A DNA stretch of 64,000 bases, taken from contig DATKVG010000128.1 in NCBI GenBank assembly GCA_035530195.1, positions 597-64,596 on the forward strand, given 5' to 3'. The notes beneath the pieces were generated by a model. That model was not told the DNA's origin. It made no database searches and saw only the letters and a program-made list of their open reading frames with translations. Numbering within the stretch: position 1 is the first letter of the stretch; each line of letters starts with the position of its first letter. Made by a program: the position numbers and the translations under genes. Origin of the DNA: Candidatus Bathyarchaeia archaeon. GTDB taxonomy: Bacteria; Hydrogenedentota; Hydrogenedentia; Hydrogenedentales; SLHB01. Shown in pieces: positions 8,571 to 17,929 of this stretch.

Positions 8571-9222
8571 GCCCGTCTGGGACGCCCCCCGGCAGTTGTG
8601 GGGGGTGTCCCATTTTTGCCCAGTATAAGAAGCTGAGTCAGTCTCAACATTGGGACACCCCCCACAACTGAGGCTGTCTCAGATTTACCGTAAAAGCCCA
8701 GATGAAGCGCAAAGAACTCCGGAGGAGTTCGATAACTGTCAGCGCATCGCGGCAGAGCCGCAACCAAACCAGTTGCACGAGCCTTTGGATTCAACGCGGT
8801 GGGGTCGCGCTCCCGCGCGACCGGGCGGCGGCGGAGGTCGAGGCGCACATATGCCTTGGGTTTTCTTGCTCGAGACTGCGGTCGAGCGGGAGCTCGACCC
8901 CACCGCGTTGCTCAATAAGATTTACGAAAGAATTTCCACGATTTTGATCATTAAGAACCCAGGGTTGCTCCTGACCCGTTAGGGTCTGGAGCTACCCTGG
9001 GTAAGCAGTCCTCCGTTTATACCCCGGAAGGGGTTAGACAAGAAAGGTTTGTCGAACCCTCAGGGGGTTCTTTCTCGTATGGCACGGCACCCAGGATAGC
9101 GCCCACCCCTCCGGGGTAGACGCAATCCTGGGCTGACGGTTGTCCCACCCCTGCCGGGGTGAAAGAGTGGAGACTGGAATTCTGAGACAGCCACAACTGC
9201 CGGGGGACGTCCCAGACGGCCC
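8571..9222. repeat. Nest of palindromic repeats bounded by ~30-bp imperfect inverted repeats
   Basis: Left end is gcccgtctgggacgccccccggcagttgtgg (8571-). The right end, reverse-complemented, is gccgtctgggacgtcccccggcagttgtgg (-9220). Inside are GGGACGCCCCCCGGCAGTTGTGGGGGGTGTCCC (8579-8611), tgggacaccccccacaactg (8651-8670), one family-A element (8796-8907) and CCCC-N3/4-GGGG hairpins at 9020-9162. Confidence 0.6.
8796..8907. repeat. Family-A MITE/REP-like element, copy 1
   Basis: GCGGTGGGGTCGCGCTCCCGCGCGACC ... GGTCGAGCGGGAGCTCGACCCCACCGC. These are two perfect 8-bp-stem hairpins inside about 27-bp terminal inverted repeats. Confidence 0.7.
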
Positions 9223-9225
9223 GAG

Positions 9226-9711
9226 TCATTTGTTTATCTGCGCAAACAAAACAACGTAATTCTTCCCATAAGCCTTGGCGCAAGCCGGACACGTCGTGTA
9301 ACAAAAATAGATCTTCCTCAACCGCTTGCCCTTTTCCCCCACATACGCCTCCATCTCCTTCGCCCACTTCCCGGCATTCTTGTAAGGACCTTCAAACACC
9401 CGCGTCAAGAACGTCCCCGAAATCGTCGCCATCTCCGCACCCGCCACCTCTTTCGCCACGTCAATATAAATGTCGCAGCCCCAAAGAGACTTCTCGTCAC
9501 ACAACATCAACGGCTCAGCCGCCTCAGCCTGCGCGTTCTGGATCAGTTCCAGATTCTTAACCACCTTCTTGCCCATGTTTATCGGAATATGGAACAGACT
9601 TGTAACGTGATCCTTAACAAAAACCTTCTTATCCCACGTCACTTCCCTCTCCTCCCAGGACGCAGGATCAAACCGCTTGCAACAACCGGTTTCTTTAATT
9701 TGTGTTTCCAT
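9226..9711 (-). CDS. Cys-rich conserved hypothetical protein (161 aa)
   Basis: ORF with CC..FDP..W at the N-terminus and CPAC near the C-terminus. Coding composition is plausible, with visibly lower GC than the flanks. No family is confidently recognised. Confidence 0.65.
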   Translation of the reverse strand: METQIKETGCCKRFDPASWEEREVTWDKKVFVKDHVTSLFHIPINMGKKVVKNLELIQNAQAEAAEPLMLCDEKSLWGCDIYIDVAKEVAGAEMATISGTFLTRVFEGPYKNAGKWAKEMEAYVGEKGKRLRKIYFCYTTCPACAKAYGKNYVVLFAQINK

Positions 9712-9917
9712 GGTTTTTTATCCGTAAACCCAATTAAGTATATAAGTAAGAGGAACCTACAAACAAGCAAGAACGGCAATGTTGTCTTGAGACCTCCTCT
9801 GCGAAATAGATGGCTGTCCCTGCTTTCCCTCGGTTTCCCTCGTTCTCGTATGGAAATCTCTTACATACGTTATCTCAAGAAATTCTTGTTGTTTTGTAGT
9901 TTCCAATCCCTAAGGTA

Positions 9918-11120
9918 TTACTGCGATGACTTGGAAACGGGAAGAAGATAGTCATCGATAAGCAACTTCTGTATGCCCTTTCTGAGCGTCCAGTAGTATT
10001 TGTTATGACGTAGTTCGATGTGGATGTGCCAGTACATTCTATCCTCTCGCTGGGTTGTCCAAGTATCATTTAGGTGGGGCTCCAAGACGGAAAAGGGTAT
10101 CAGGAAAATAACGTTTTCCGAACCACATCCAAGGGCTAGTTTGGCTTCTGGGGATTGCTTCAAGAAATCCCTCTGATGAGGATGGAATGCAAACCAGAAG
10201 GCACGAGCTTTTGACGTGCCGTGGGCTTTGGAGACGGCTACCACAACCCGCAGGTTAGTGTCTGGGGCGGTATAAGAAGTTCGAGACTCTTTCACTAACG
10301 GGGAACCAAGGAATTGTTGGATTCGCTCAACACATTTTTTGTGAAAGTTGACAGGGATGAATTTCTTGGGGTGTGCGAGAGGCTCTGGATGGAGCAGAGC
10401 ATCTTCACTCTCTGGTGTGGCCTCATCTGCCGTGGCAACTTCTTCAGCGGTAATGAAAACAAGGTCGATGATTCCGTCAACTTTCGTGAACTCTTTTGGA
10501 ACGAGAATGTCGGATATCTGAGAGACTGTCTTCGGGTCTTCTAGCGTTTCCTTGACCTTCATAAGACGAATAAGAGCATCGATACTTATGAGGCGCATAT
10601 CCCATGCATACTGGGAGCCACGAATCTGAGCTTCTAGGCCGCCCGTGTCTTTTCGGCCTACGATGAGGAGGAGTGAAGTCTCTTCAAGTGTTATCAGCCC
10701 ATCTCTTGCCAGGATTCTGCGGTATTCAGCAATTGTGTCCAAATCAATGGCATATGCGTCGGTTGTCTTGACCTCGATTACGATTTTACGTCCGTTCTTG
10801 AGCGTCCAAAGTCCGTCATGTCCTGAGACGCCTCTCTTACCCCTGTAGAGTCCTTCCGTGACAACGAAACCGAGTCTGCGGCCTATTTCGTTGACAATAT
10901 CCTGGAGGGCCAGGCCGCTTTGGTCAAAGTGGTTACCCAGGCATTGTTGTGCGTATTCAGAGAGTTTTTCGGAAGGGACTATCCGAAGGAAGTCGCGGAA
11001 TTCCCTGCTTGCGGTACTGTCATTCGTGAGTCTTCCGTCTCCGGAGATAGCAATTATCTGCTGGAGTTTCTTTTCATCCAATTCCGCTTTGTTGGTTTTC
11101 CACAGGTCGATGAGAGCCAT
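9918..11120 (-). CDS. PD-(D/E)XK restriction-endonuclease-like protein with an uncharacterised C-terminal domain
   Basis: LQDIVNEIGRRLGFVVTEG...GHDGLWTLKNGRKIVIEVKT fits the Mrr-like D...E-x-K core pattern. It sits in low-GC context. The C-terminal 150 aa are not recognised. Confidence 0.6.
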   Translation of the reverse strand: MALIDLWKTNKAELDEKKLQQIIAISGDGRLTNDSTASREFRDFLRIVPSEKLSEYAQQCLGNHFDQSGLALQDIVNEIGRRLGFVVTEGLYRGKRGVSGHDGLWTLKNGRKIVIEVKTTDAYAIDLDTIAEYRRILARDGLITLEETSLLLIVGRKDTGGLEAQIRGSQYAWDMRLISIDALIRLMKVKETLEDPKTVSQISDILVPKEFTKVDGIIDLVFITAEEVATADEATPESEDALLHPEPLAHPKKFIPVNFHKKCVERIQQFLGSPLVKESRTSYTAPDTNLRVVVAVSKAHGTSKARAFWFAFHPHQRDFLKQSPEAKLALGCGSENVIFLIPFSVLEPHLNDTWTTQREDRMYWHIHIELRHNKYYWTLRKGIQKLLIDDYLLPVSKSSQ

Positions 11121-11468
11121 CTGTTCATTACCCCAGGTTCGCCCATCATGGTAGATGATATGGGAAACTCATTCAAGGGCACTCAGGCCTAATGAGTATC
11201 CTGTAGAATTCCGTTGGTTCTTTCTTTACAAAGAAAGAACGCTCTTTATCTTTGACCTCTCCTTGGGGGATGTTCCCCCTTTTTGGGGAGCGCCCATCAA
11301 TAGAACAACTGGCCGGTCAGGTACCAGGTCCACCAACTACTTTCCTTGCCCCCTGTTGCCCAGCCCCGTCTTTATTGGTCAAAACTCGATCTGGACCAGT
11401 TGTATTGCTTATTGGGGTAAAAATGTTACCTCTGCTCATGCGTCTCGGGAAAACGCGTAGCGGTATGA

Positions 11469-13004
11469 CTACCCAGACAATACGTTTGTCTGGCCGGGCA
11501 GGGCCATGTACGACTTGACCAATTCGGTCGCGGTTTCGCAGATAGGCCGCAACTGGTTCTGGTCTATCTTGTCGAGCGTGTCATGTTCGTCCAGCAGGTA
11601 GTAGGGGCAGCCGATCCATGAGACCACCGGCATGTTCCCGGCAAGCATATACTTGAGGGCGTCGGACGTGGGGCCTGGACCAAAGAAATCCGCGGGGATG
11701 GCGGCCACGTGCGGCACGGGCTTCGTCTCGAGTGCGCGGCGAACAACCGCGATGTTCCGGGGTTCGGGCGTCGTGAACATGACCGTGAACGCGAGACGGC
11801 CGGTCGGCGCATACCCGCTTTCCGTGCCTTCCACCTCTTTTGCGGCGAGGTGTTCGAGCGTGATCACCACGCACGTGCGTTGGAGGAGGTCCGTGTGCGC
11901 CGCGGCGAACCTTTCCGCGCCGATCGAGCCGTAGAAGTGACCCGCGTCCAGCACGAACACCAGCGTTTTCGGGCGGTGTTCCCGTGGGACGTGCGACCAT
12001 GCCCACGCTTGCCCCAGGACCTGCGCCGCGCCGGACCCGTCCTCGGTCGCGCCCTGAAAGGGGCTGTCGTGGTGCGAGGTCACGAGGATGACGTCGTCCG
12101 AGCAGCCCGGCAAAACGCCCCACACGTTATGCGTGACGCCCTTCTCCATCGTCCCCTCCAGGCGCAGCGTGGCATCTATGCCCGCGCGGGCCGCCCACCG
12201 CAGGTGATGCCCGTCCTGTTTGCCGATCCACAGGCCGGGCATAGGCTTCATGATGCCGTCGTACGGGCCGTAGTGGGAGTTGGTTCCGCCGGGCTGATCG
12301 CGCAGGATTAGGCATATGGCGCGCGCGCCGCGATGACGGCATTGCCAATACACGTCGCGGGCGGGCGCGCTGTTCTCGTCGTCGCCGCCAAGGAAATTCT
12401 GCCGCGCGAAGTTCAGGTACTGTCCGGAGCGCAAGCCGATGGAGCGGTCGGGATCGGAAAGGCAATACTGCGCCCGCAGCACGCGCATCAGGAAGCCGAC
12501 GGGGAGGTATGGAAACGGCACGTCGGCCACCGCGATCTTGTTCCGTACGTCCACGCCTGCAAAATCCCGGTCCGTGCCCGTGCCCACATAGACGAGCGGC
12601 GCCGTTTCACCGTCGGGGCCCGTGAACGCCGTGTTCACGACGTAAAAGCTGGGAATGGTCTCTCCACCAACGGTGAGCGACCACCTGTCGGCGCCCCAGA
12701 CGGTGATCGGAATCGGCTCGACCGCAACGTTGTCCAGGCCGAGGGCTCGCAGTTGATCGGCGACCCATGCTTCGGCGCGATGGCCTTCAGGTGTGCCGGG
12801 ACGACGATGCGGCGTGGCGCATAGGTCCGCAATCCATTGGAAGATGGTGGCGGCATCGGGGAGCGGCACATCTCCTTCGTAGCGCGGCAAAGTCGCTGCC
12901 AAGCGTTTCGCCTCCCGGCGCATGCGCGCGATTTCCCCGATCCGCCAGACCACCCGCAGGGTATCGCTCGTTTTCGTGGTGACCTGGCTTTCGAAGCTCT
13001 CCAC
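11469..13004 (-). CDS. M28-family metallopeptidase with a PA-like insert
   Basis: VILVTSHHDSPFQGATEDGSGAAQVLGQA and LDAGHFYGSIGAERF resemble the M28 zinc-ligand regions. Confidence 0.75.
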   Translation of the reverse strand: MESFESQVTTKTSDTLRVVWRIGEIARMRREAKRLAATLPRYEGDVPLPDAATIFQWIADLCATPHRRPGTPEGHRAEAWVADQLRALGLDNVAVEPIPITVWGADRWSLTVGGETIPSFYVVNTAFTGPDGETAPLVYVGTGTDRDFAGVDVRNKIAVADVPFPYLPVGFLMRVLRAQYCLSDPDRSIGLRSGQYLNFARQNFLGGDDENSAPARDVYWQCRHRGARAICLILRDQPGGTNSHYGPYDGIMKPMPGLWIGKQDGHHLRWAARAGIDATLRLEGTMEKGVTHNVWGVLPGCSDDVILVTSHHDSPFQGATEDGSGAAQVLGQAWAWSHVPREHRPKTLVFVLDAGHFYGSIGAERFAAAHTDLLQRTCVVITLEHLAAKEVEGTESGYAPTGRLAFTVMFTTPEPRNIAVVRRALETKPVPHVAAIPADFFGPGPTSDALKYMLAGNMPVVSWIGCPYYLLDEHDTLDKIDQNQLRPICETATELVKSYMALPGQTNVLSG

Positions 13005-13453
13005 GGTGCTACTTCTCCTTAGCCGCGCCTTCCGTTAACGAGGTGACGGCGGAATGCATCAGCGGCCCCAGTTGATCGCCAAAGAACTGGCTCCATTATA
13101 GCATCGTAATACCCCATGCGCAGACACATCCGTACGGCAACAGCCATTGTTGCGTTATGGAAGGCCCCGCGCAGATCTGCACCAGACCGCTTTGGTTTCG
13201 GTAGGGGTGGCGTGTCAACCACTTTTCGCGAAGACTTCTCACGAGCCTCCATGGCGTCAAGCCTGTCTGGAAGCAGACCTGCCAAGAAGTAGTCCCGCCA
13301 GCGCCGCCAGCAGGGTGAGCGCGTTTTTCGGCAATCTTCTTCTCGTCCGGCGGGACGTATTGGAACTGGGCGGCAGGTGCCGTAGCCGGGGGTGCGGGCG
13401 CACGAGCGCAGCGATGTGCAACCAAACCCCCGGAAAACGGCCCCCTCTTATGA

Positions 13454-13638
13454 AGCCCCGCAGGGGCGTAGGAATCCTTGGCTCAGAACCGTCCTGCGCC
13501 CCTGCGGGGTTCTTGCCACCGACCACCGGCCACAACCATCCTGCGCCCCTGCGGGGCTTTTACTTCTTGGCAGGTTACCGGGGGTTTGGTCGTTCCTCCC
13601 GCACCCCCGGCTACGGTACCCAACGCCCCTGTCGGGGC
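13454..13638. repeat. Cluster of small GC hairpins (GCCCC-GCA-GGGGC type), including tcctgcgcccctgcgggg twice (13491-13509, 13539-13557)
   Basis: Read directly. They resemble the hairpins at 9020-9162. No convincing CDS lies in 13005-13923. Confidence 0.45.
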
Positions 13639-13923
13639 TCAAGACGCACCGGCGCCCTGGCCGGAAAAACCATCCAAGATGCGCCACCAGTTCCATCCCG
13701 TAAAAAAATCTTCTTTGTGCTCTTTGTGCTCTCTGTGGCAAAAGATTCGCAGTTTAATTATTAAACGCATATAGTTTGTCAATCAAATCCCCCTTGTTTC
13801 ACCAAATTTCCCCCTCAAATCCCGGTCCGCTTGCCCCAAAAAGAGCACCAACTTACCCATATATATGGGAGAGGTTGGAGACAACGGTCAGAGCGCCGGT
13901 TGGGTCTTCCTACGGTCTACGGT

Positions 13924-14913
13924 CTACAGTCTTGCGACGGCACGTCGTTTTAGGGATTCGTCGGCGAATACGCCGAGCAGGATAGCGCCGCCGATGACGA
14001 CGTATTCGAGTTGGGACGGTATTTCGAGGATGTTGACGAGGTTTTTGAGTACGACGATGAGTGATGCGCCAACGACGACTCCGGCAATGTTTCCGGTGCC
14101 GCCGCGGAGGGAGCAACCGCCGAGTACGACGCCGGCGATTGCGTAGAGTTCGTAGAAGCTGCCGAAGTCGGTGGGCCCGATGGAGTTGACGTTGAACGCG
14201 ATGAGGAGTCCGCCGACGCCGGTGAGCAGGCTGCATAGTGTGTATGCGACGATTTTTGCGCGGCCTACGTTGATGCCGCTGAATTTTGCGGCGTCTTCGT
14301 TAGCGCCGATGGCGAAGAGGTGGCGTCCGTTAGGCGTGAAGTGGAGGTATGCGCCGACGAGTACGGCGAAGAACAGCATCGTGACGAACGGTACGGATAC
14401 CATGCTCATTCCGGTGTTGGGTATAAACCCGCCGCCAAGCCATTTGAGTGTGGGGAATTCGAGCGGGCCGCCGAACCCGCGGGTGGTGTCGACGGTGATG
14501 AGGCGTGCGACGCCGCGGTAGAAGAACAGGCCGCAGAGGGTGACGACGAAGGGTTGCATCCGGGCTTTTGAGACGAGCGTGCCGTGCCATGCGCCGATCG
14601 CGGCGCAGAGGGCGAGGCCGACGGGTATCGCTGCGGCGGGCGGCCAGCCGTGGTCGCGCATGAGGATGCTGGTGACGATGGCTACAAGCGCGACGACGCT
14701 GCCGACGGACAGGTCGATGCCGCCGGTGATGATGACGAACGATTGGGCGAGGCTGAGTATGCCGAACAGGCCTATCCACGGGAGCAAGTTGCGGATGTTC
14801 TGCGGGGTGAGGAAGCGGACGGTGTCGTGGGCGTATTTTTCCCAGACGCAGACGGCGCCTACCAGCACCACCAGCAGGGCCAGGAGGCCGAGGACTTTTT
14901 TGAACTTCGCCAC
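13924..14913 (-). CDS. Sugar ABC transporter permease (RbsC-like, CUT2 type)
   Basis: LSLAQSFVIITGGIDLSVGSVVAL and multiple TM segments, typical of ribose-type permeases. Confidence 0.85.
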   Translation of the reverse strand: MAKFKKVLGLLALLVVLVGAVCVWEKYAHDTVRFLTPQNIRNLLPWIGLFGILSLAQSFVIITGGIDLSVGSVVALVAIVTSILMRDHGWPPAAAIPVGLALCAAIGAWHGTLVSKARMQPFVVTLCGLFFYRGVARLITVDTTRGFGGPLEFPTLKWLGGGFIPNTGMSMVSVPFVTMLFFAVLVGAYLHFTPNGRHLFAIGANEDAAKFSGINVGRAKIVAYTLCSLLTGVGGLLIAFNVNSIGPTDFGSFYELYAIAGVVLGGCSLRGGTGNIAGVVVGASLIVVLKNLVNILEIPSQLEYVVIGGAILLGVFADESLKRRAVARL

Positions 14914-14935
14914 GAACTATCTCCGCTCAGAATTC

Positions 14936-15034
14936 GGGGCCGCGAAAAGCGGGGACAGTCAGTCACCCGTTTTCTTCCGCTCAACCGGGGCCGCGAAAAG
15001 CGGGGACAGTCCCCGTTTTTCGCCCGTTTTTCGC
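14936..15034. repeat. Family-D palindromic element, tandem pair (ggggccgcgaaaagcggggacagtc...)
   Basis: The core is GCGAAAAGCGGGGACAGTCCCCGTTTTTCGC. Two head-to-tail copies fill the intergenic space between the SBP and permease genes. Confidence 0.6.
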
Positions 15035-16008
15035 TATGCTTTTCCGGTCATTTGTTTGAGTTGGGTCCAGAATTCGTCGACGTTATCGCGGGTGATGGTT
15101 TTTACGGGGACGATGATCTGCTTGTTTTCGGGGACGCCGGATTTGTCGCCGGCCGCGAGTGCCACGAGGAGTTTGACGGATTCGTAGCCGAACATGAACG
15201 GTTGCTGGACGATGGTGCCGTCGATATGGCCGTCCTTGACGCCTTGGAGGGTCTCTTCTTCTTCGTCAAAGCAGACGATCTTGACTTGGCCGAGTTTGCC
15301 GGATGCACGGACGCCGTTGAGTATGGCGGGTCCGTTGTAGCTCCAGAGGCCGACGAGGCATGCTAGGTCGGGGTTGGACACGAGCGCGTCTTGTGCGTTG
15401 GCCTTTGCTTTGACGCGGTCGGTTTCGTCGGTTCGGGTGTCGGCGATTTCGATGCCGGAGCCGGCGAGTGTGTCTTCGATTCCTTTTTTGCGGTCGGTTG
15501 CGTTTTGGGCGTCGAGCGTACCGACAAACAGCATGATTTTGCCGCCGTTGGGCAGCGATTTTTTGATGAGATCGCCCGCGGCGACGCCGGCCTGGTAGTT
15601 GTCGGTGCCGATGTAGCAGGTCCGGTTGCTCGATGGCGCGTCAGAATCTTGTGTGACGAGGTTCACGGCTGCGGCGGTCCGGTTGAGCATTTCGGTCTGG
15701 TTTGCGGGGTCTTTCGGGCTGATGGCGATGCCGGACACGCCGACGGTGATCAGGTCCTGTACGATGTTTTGCTGTTCCTGCGCGGTGCCGGTGGCGGGGA
15801 TGCGGAACAGGACTTCGCAACCGAGTTCGCGGGCGGCTTTTTCCGTGCCGGCCTTGGCGATTTTCCAGAAGTCGGATGCGTTGTTCGTGACAAAGGCCAC
15901 CTTGACGGTTTTTACGGGGGCTGTACCATCAGGTTCGGGCGTCCCGCCGCCTCCGCAACCCGCAACGACTACGGCGATGGCGAGGACGATTAATGTAGCG
16001 TGTTTCAT
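15034..16008 (-). CDS. Sugar ABC transporter substrate-binding lipoprotein (RbsB-like)
   Basis: Lipobox VVAGCGGGG. The periplasmic-binding-protein type I pattern is present (VAFVTNNASDFW..., GTDNYQAG, VCFDE). Confidence 0.85.
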   Translation of the reverse strand: MKHATLIVLAIAVVVAGCGGGGTPEPDGTAPVKTVKVAFVTNNASDFWKIAKAGTEKAARELGCEVLFRIPATGTAQEQQNIVQDLITVGVSGIAISPKDPANQTEMLNRTAAAVNLVTQDSDAPSSNRTCYIGTDNYQAGVAAGDLIKKSLPNGGKIMLFVGTLDAQNATDRKKGIEDTLAGSGIEIADTRTDETDRVKAKANAQDALVSNPDLACLVGLWSYNGPAILNGVRASGKLGQVKIVCFDEEEETLQGVKDGHIDGTIVQQPFMFGYESVKLLVALAAGDKSGVPENKQIIVPVKTITRDNVDEFWTQLKQMTGKA

Positions 16009-16029
16009 TTTTTGAATAATCTCCGGTTG

Positions 16030-16117
16030 CGAAAAGCGTGCTGGCAGCGAAAAGCGGGGACAGCCACCCTTTTTTTAAACTGCCAAAAAAGGGGTGGCAG
16101 TCCCCGTTTTTCGCGTG
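16030..16117. repeat. Family-D palindromic element (88 bp) flanked by 24/25-bp direct repeats
   Basis: gcgaaaagcggggacaGCCACCCtttttt...aaaaaaGGGGTGGCagtccccgtttttcgc. The flanks are tcattttttgaataatctccggttg (16005-16029) and tcattttttgataatctccggttg (16118-16141). Confidence 0.65.
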
Positions 16118-17575
16118 TCATTTTTTGATAATCTCCGGTTGGGGTTTGGTGAGCCTGTCCTGTTCGGGTTCGGAAGGGATCAGCGCGCTCCGTTGTGGCC
16201 GCGGGTGTTTTTTGGCGTAGCACTCGCGCTCGCCGTCCCAGTAAATGACCTTGTCTTGGCGGTAGGCATCCACGCTCATTCGGATGCCGCACATGGCCCG
16301 GTATGAGGTCTCCGCGTCCAGATGTACGGGCACGCGTGTGCGCATGCACTCGAGAAACTTCTCCATGTGACCGAGCCGGGGTTCCCGCGGAATCACTATC
16401 TCTTCGGCCCCGTACTCTTTCTTGAACCACTCCTTGAACTCGTTCTCGGCGGTGACTTGCATGGCGCCCTTTTCTGCCGGCCGTATGGTGGCCTTGTGGC
16501 CGCGGATCATGGTGCTGTTTCCCTGGCGGTTGGCCATGCACCCGGTCATCACGATGGTGTAGTCGTCGGGGTAATCGAGCTGCGCCATGAACGTGTCGGG
16601 CACTTCGCGGTCGTCGTGCTGGACGAAGATGCCGCCGCTGCCGGTGGCGCGTTCGGGCGCCCGGGCGTCGAGCGCGATCGTCATCGGTGCAAGCTGGTGG
16701 TAGAACAGGTCGGTGGCGATTCCGCCCGAGTAGTCCCAGTACTTCCTGAATTGGAAGAACCTGCACTGCGAGAACGGCCGCTTGGGCGCCGGGCCGAGCC
16801 ATTGCGCCCAGTCGATGTAGCGCTCGCCGGCGTTGGGGTCGTCGGTCGAGTTGGGGTCGATATGCCAGTTCCATTCGCCGCCGCGATCGTCGGGCCCGCC
16901 CGCGGAGTTCCGGCTGGCGTCGACCTGGGCCCAGACCACCTTGCCGATCCCGCCGTTCTTGATGAACTTGCGCGCCTGCCACCACCAGTCCGCGGAACAC
17001 CCCTGTGCGCCGCATTGAAACACGCGGCCGGTGCGGTTCACGCAATCGCGGACGTCGAGGGCTTCTTCGATGCTATACGTCATGGGCTTCTGGCAATAGA
17101 CGTCTTTGCCGGCCTCCATGGCGTGGATCGAGTTGAGGGCGTGCCAGTGGTCGGGTGTGGCGATGACGACGCCGTGGATGTCGTCGCGTTCGAGCAGCTT
17201 TCGGTAATCGGTGTAGGCGTCGATGTCGCGGCCCACGTTGCTCTTAACCCAGCGTTTGCGGTACTCCTGGCGTTTGATGTAGCAGTCGGCCACGGCGCGG
17301 ACCTGGATTTTTGCGCCGTCTTTCTCGAACTTGCAGAGTTCCTCAAGGTGGCCGCCGCCCATGCCGCCGATGCCGATAATGCCCAGCCCGATGATTTCGC
17401 CGTCTTTCAACAGGCGGCCCGTTTTCGGGGAGTGCGGGTCGACCGCGGGCACCTTGGGCCGGGTCTTTGCCGCGGCCGCGTCCAACGCCGCCAAGCCCAC
17501 CCCCGCAGCCGCCGCTACACCCAAAAACCCGCGCCGATCCATGCCGCGGCGATCCATGCCGTTGCCCTTTTCCAT
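16118..17575 (-). CDS. Gfo/Idh/MocA family oxidoreductase with a twin-arginine signal
   Basis: MDRRGMDRRGFLGVAAAAG, the Rossmann motif GLGIIGIGGMGGGH and DAVVIATPDHWH. The start at MEKGNG (17575) has GGAGG 5 nt upstream. The ORF track extends to 17647. Confidence 0.85.
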   Translation of the reverse strand: MEKGNGMDRRGMDRRGFLGVAAAAGVGLAALDAAAAKTRPKVPAVDPHSPKTGRLLKDGEIIGLGIIGIGGMGGGHLEELCKFEKDGAKIQVRAVADCYIKRQEYRKRWVKSNVGRDIDAYTDYRKLLERDDIHGVVIATPDHWHALNSIHAMEAGKDVYCQKPMTYSIEEALDVRDCVNRTGRVFQCGAQGCSADWWWQARKFIKNGGIGKVVWAQVDASRNSAGGPDDRGGEWNWHIDPNSTDDPNAGERYIDWAQWLGPAPKRPFSQCRFFQFRKYWDYSGGIATDLFYHQLAPMTIALDARAPERATGSGGIFVQHDDREVPDTFMAQLDYPDDYTIVMTGCMANRQGNSTMIRGHKATIRPAEKGAMQVTAENEFKEWFKKEYGAEEIVIPREPRLGHMEKFLECMRTRVPVHLDAETSYRAMCGIRMSVDAYRQDKVIYWDGERECYAKKHPRPQRSALIPSEPEQDRLTKPQPEIIKK

Positions 17576-17929
17576 GTGCACCTCCTGCCGGCGTTGAGCC
17601 GCGTTTGCGACAGTATACCGGAGCAAGGGGACGGTTCCAAATGACAAAGGATAAATTGCAAATTACAGATGATAAAAGATGAAAAAACCCTCGGAAAAGA
17701 ACGGCAGGGGGGTGGGGTTGACGGGGGTGGGGCATATAGGATAAAGTCCTGCCATTGTGGGATAGGGGAGTTCTTTCTTTTGCGAAAGGAGAGGGATATG
17801 AAGCATGTGAAGTCGACGACGCGGCAGACCCCGGTGAAGGCGCAGGCTTTTAATCCATACCAGGAGAAGAAAGGCCGCCTTTTTGGGCCGTTCATGGCGG
17901 ACGGCACCTTCACGAAGTAAACAAGCTAA

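Noticed and set aside
13019-13285. 88-aa ORF (-), and other ORFs in 13005-13923, as candidate genes.
   Set aside because: There is no SD or family signal. The region is dominated by GC hairpin repeats and AT-rich spacer, and the translations are repeat-derived (PAGAQDG/APLRG-like).
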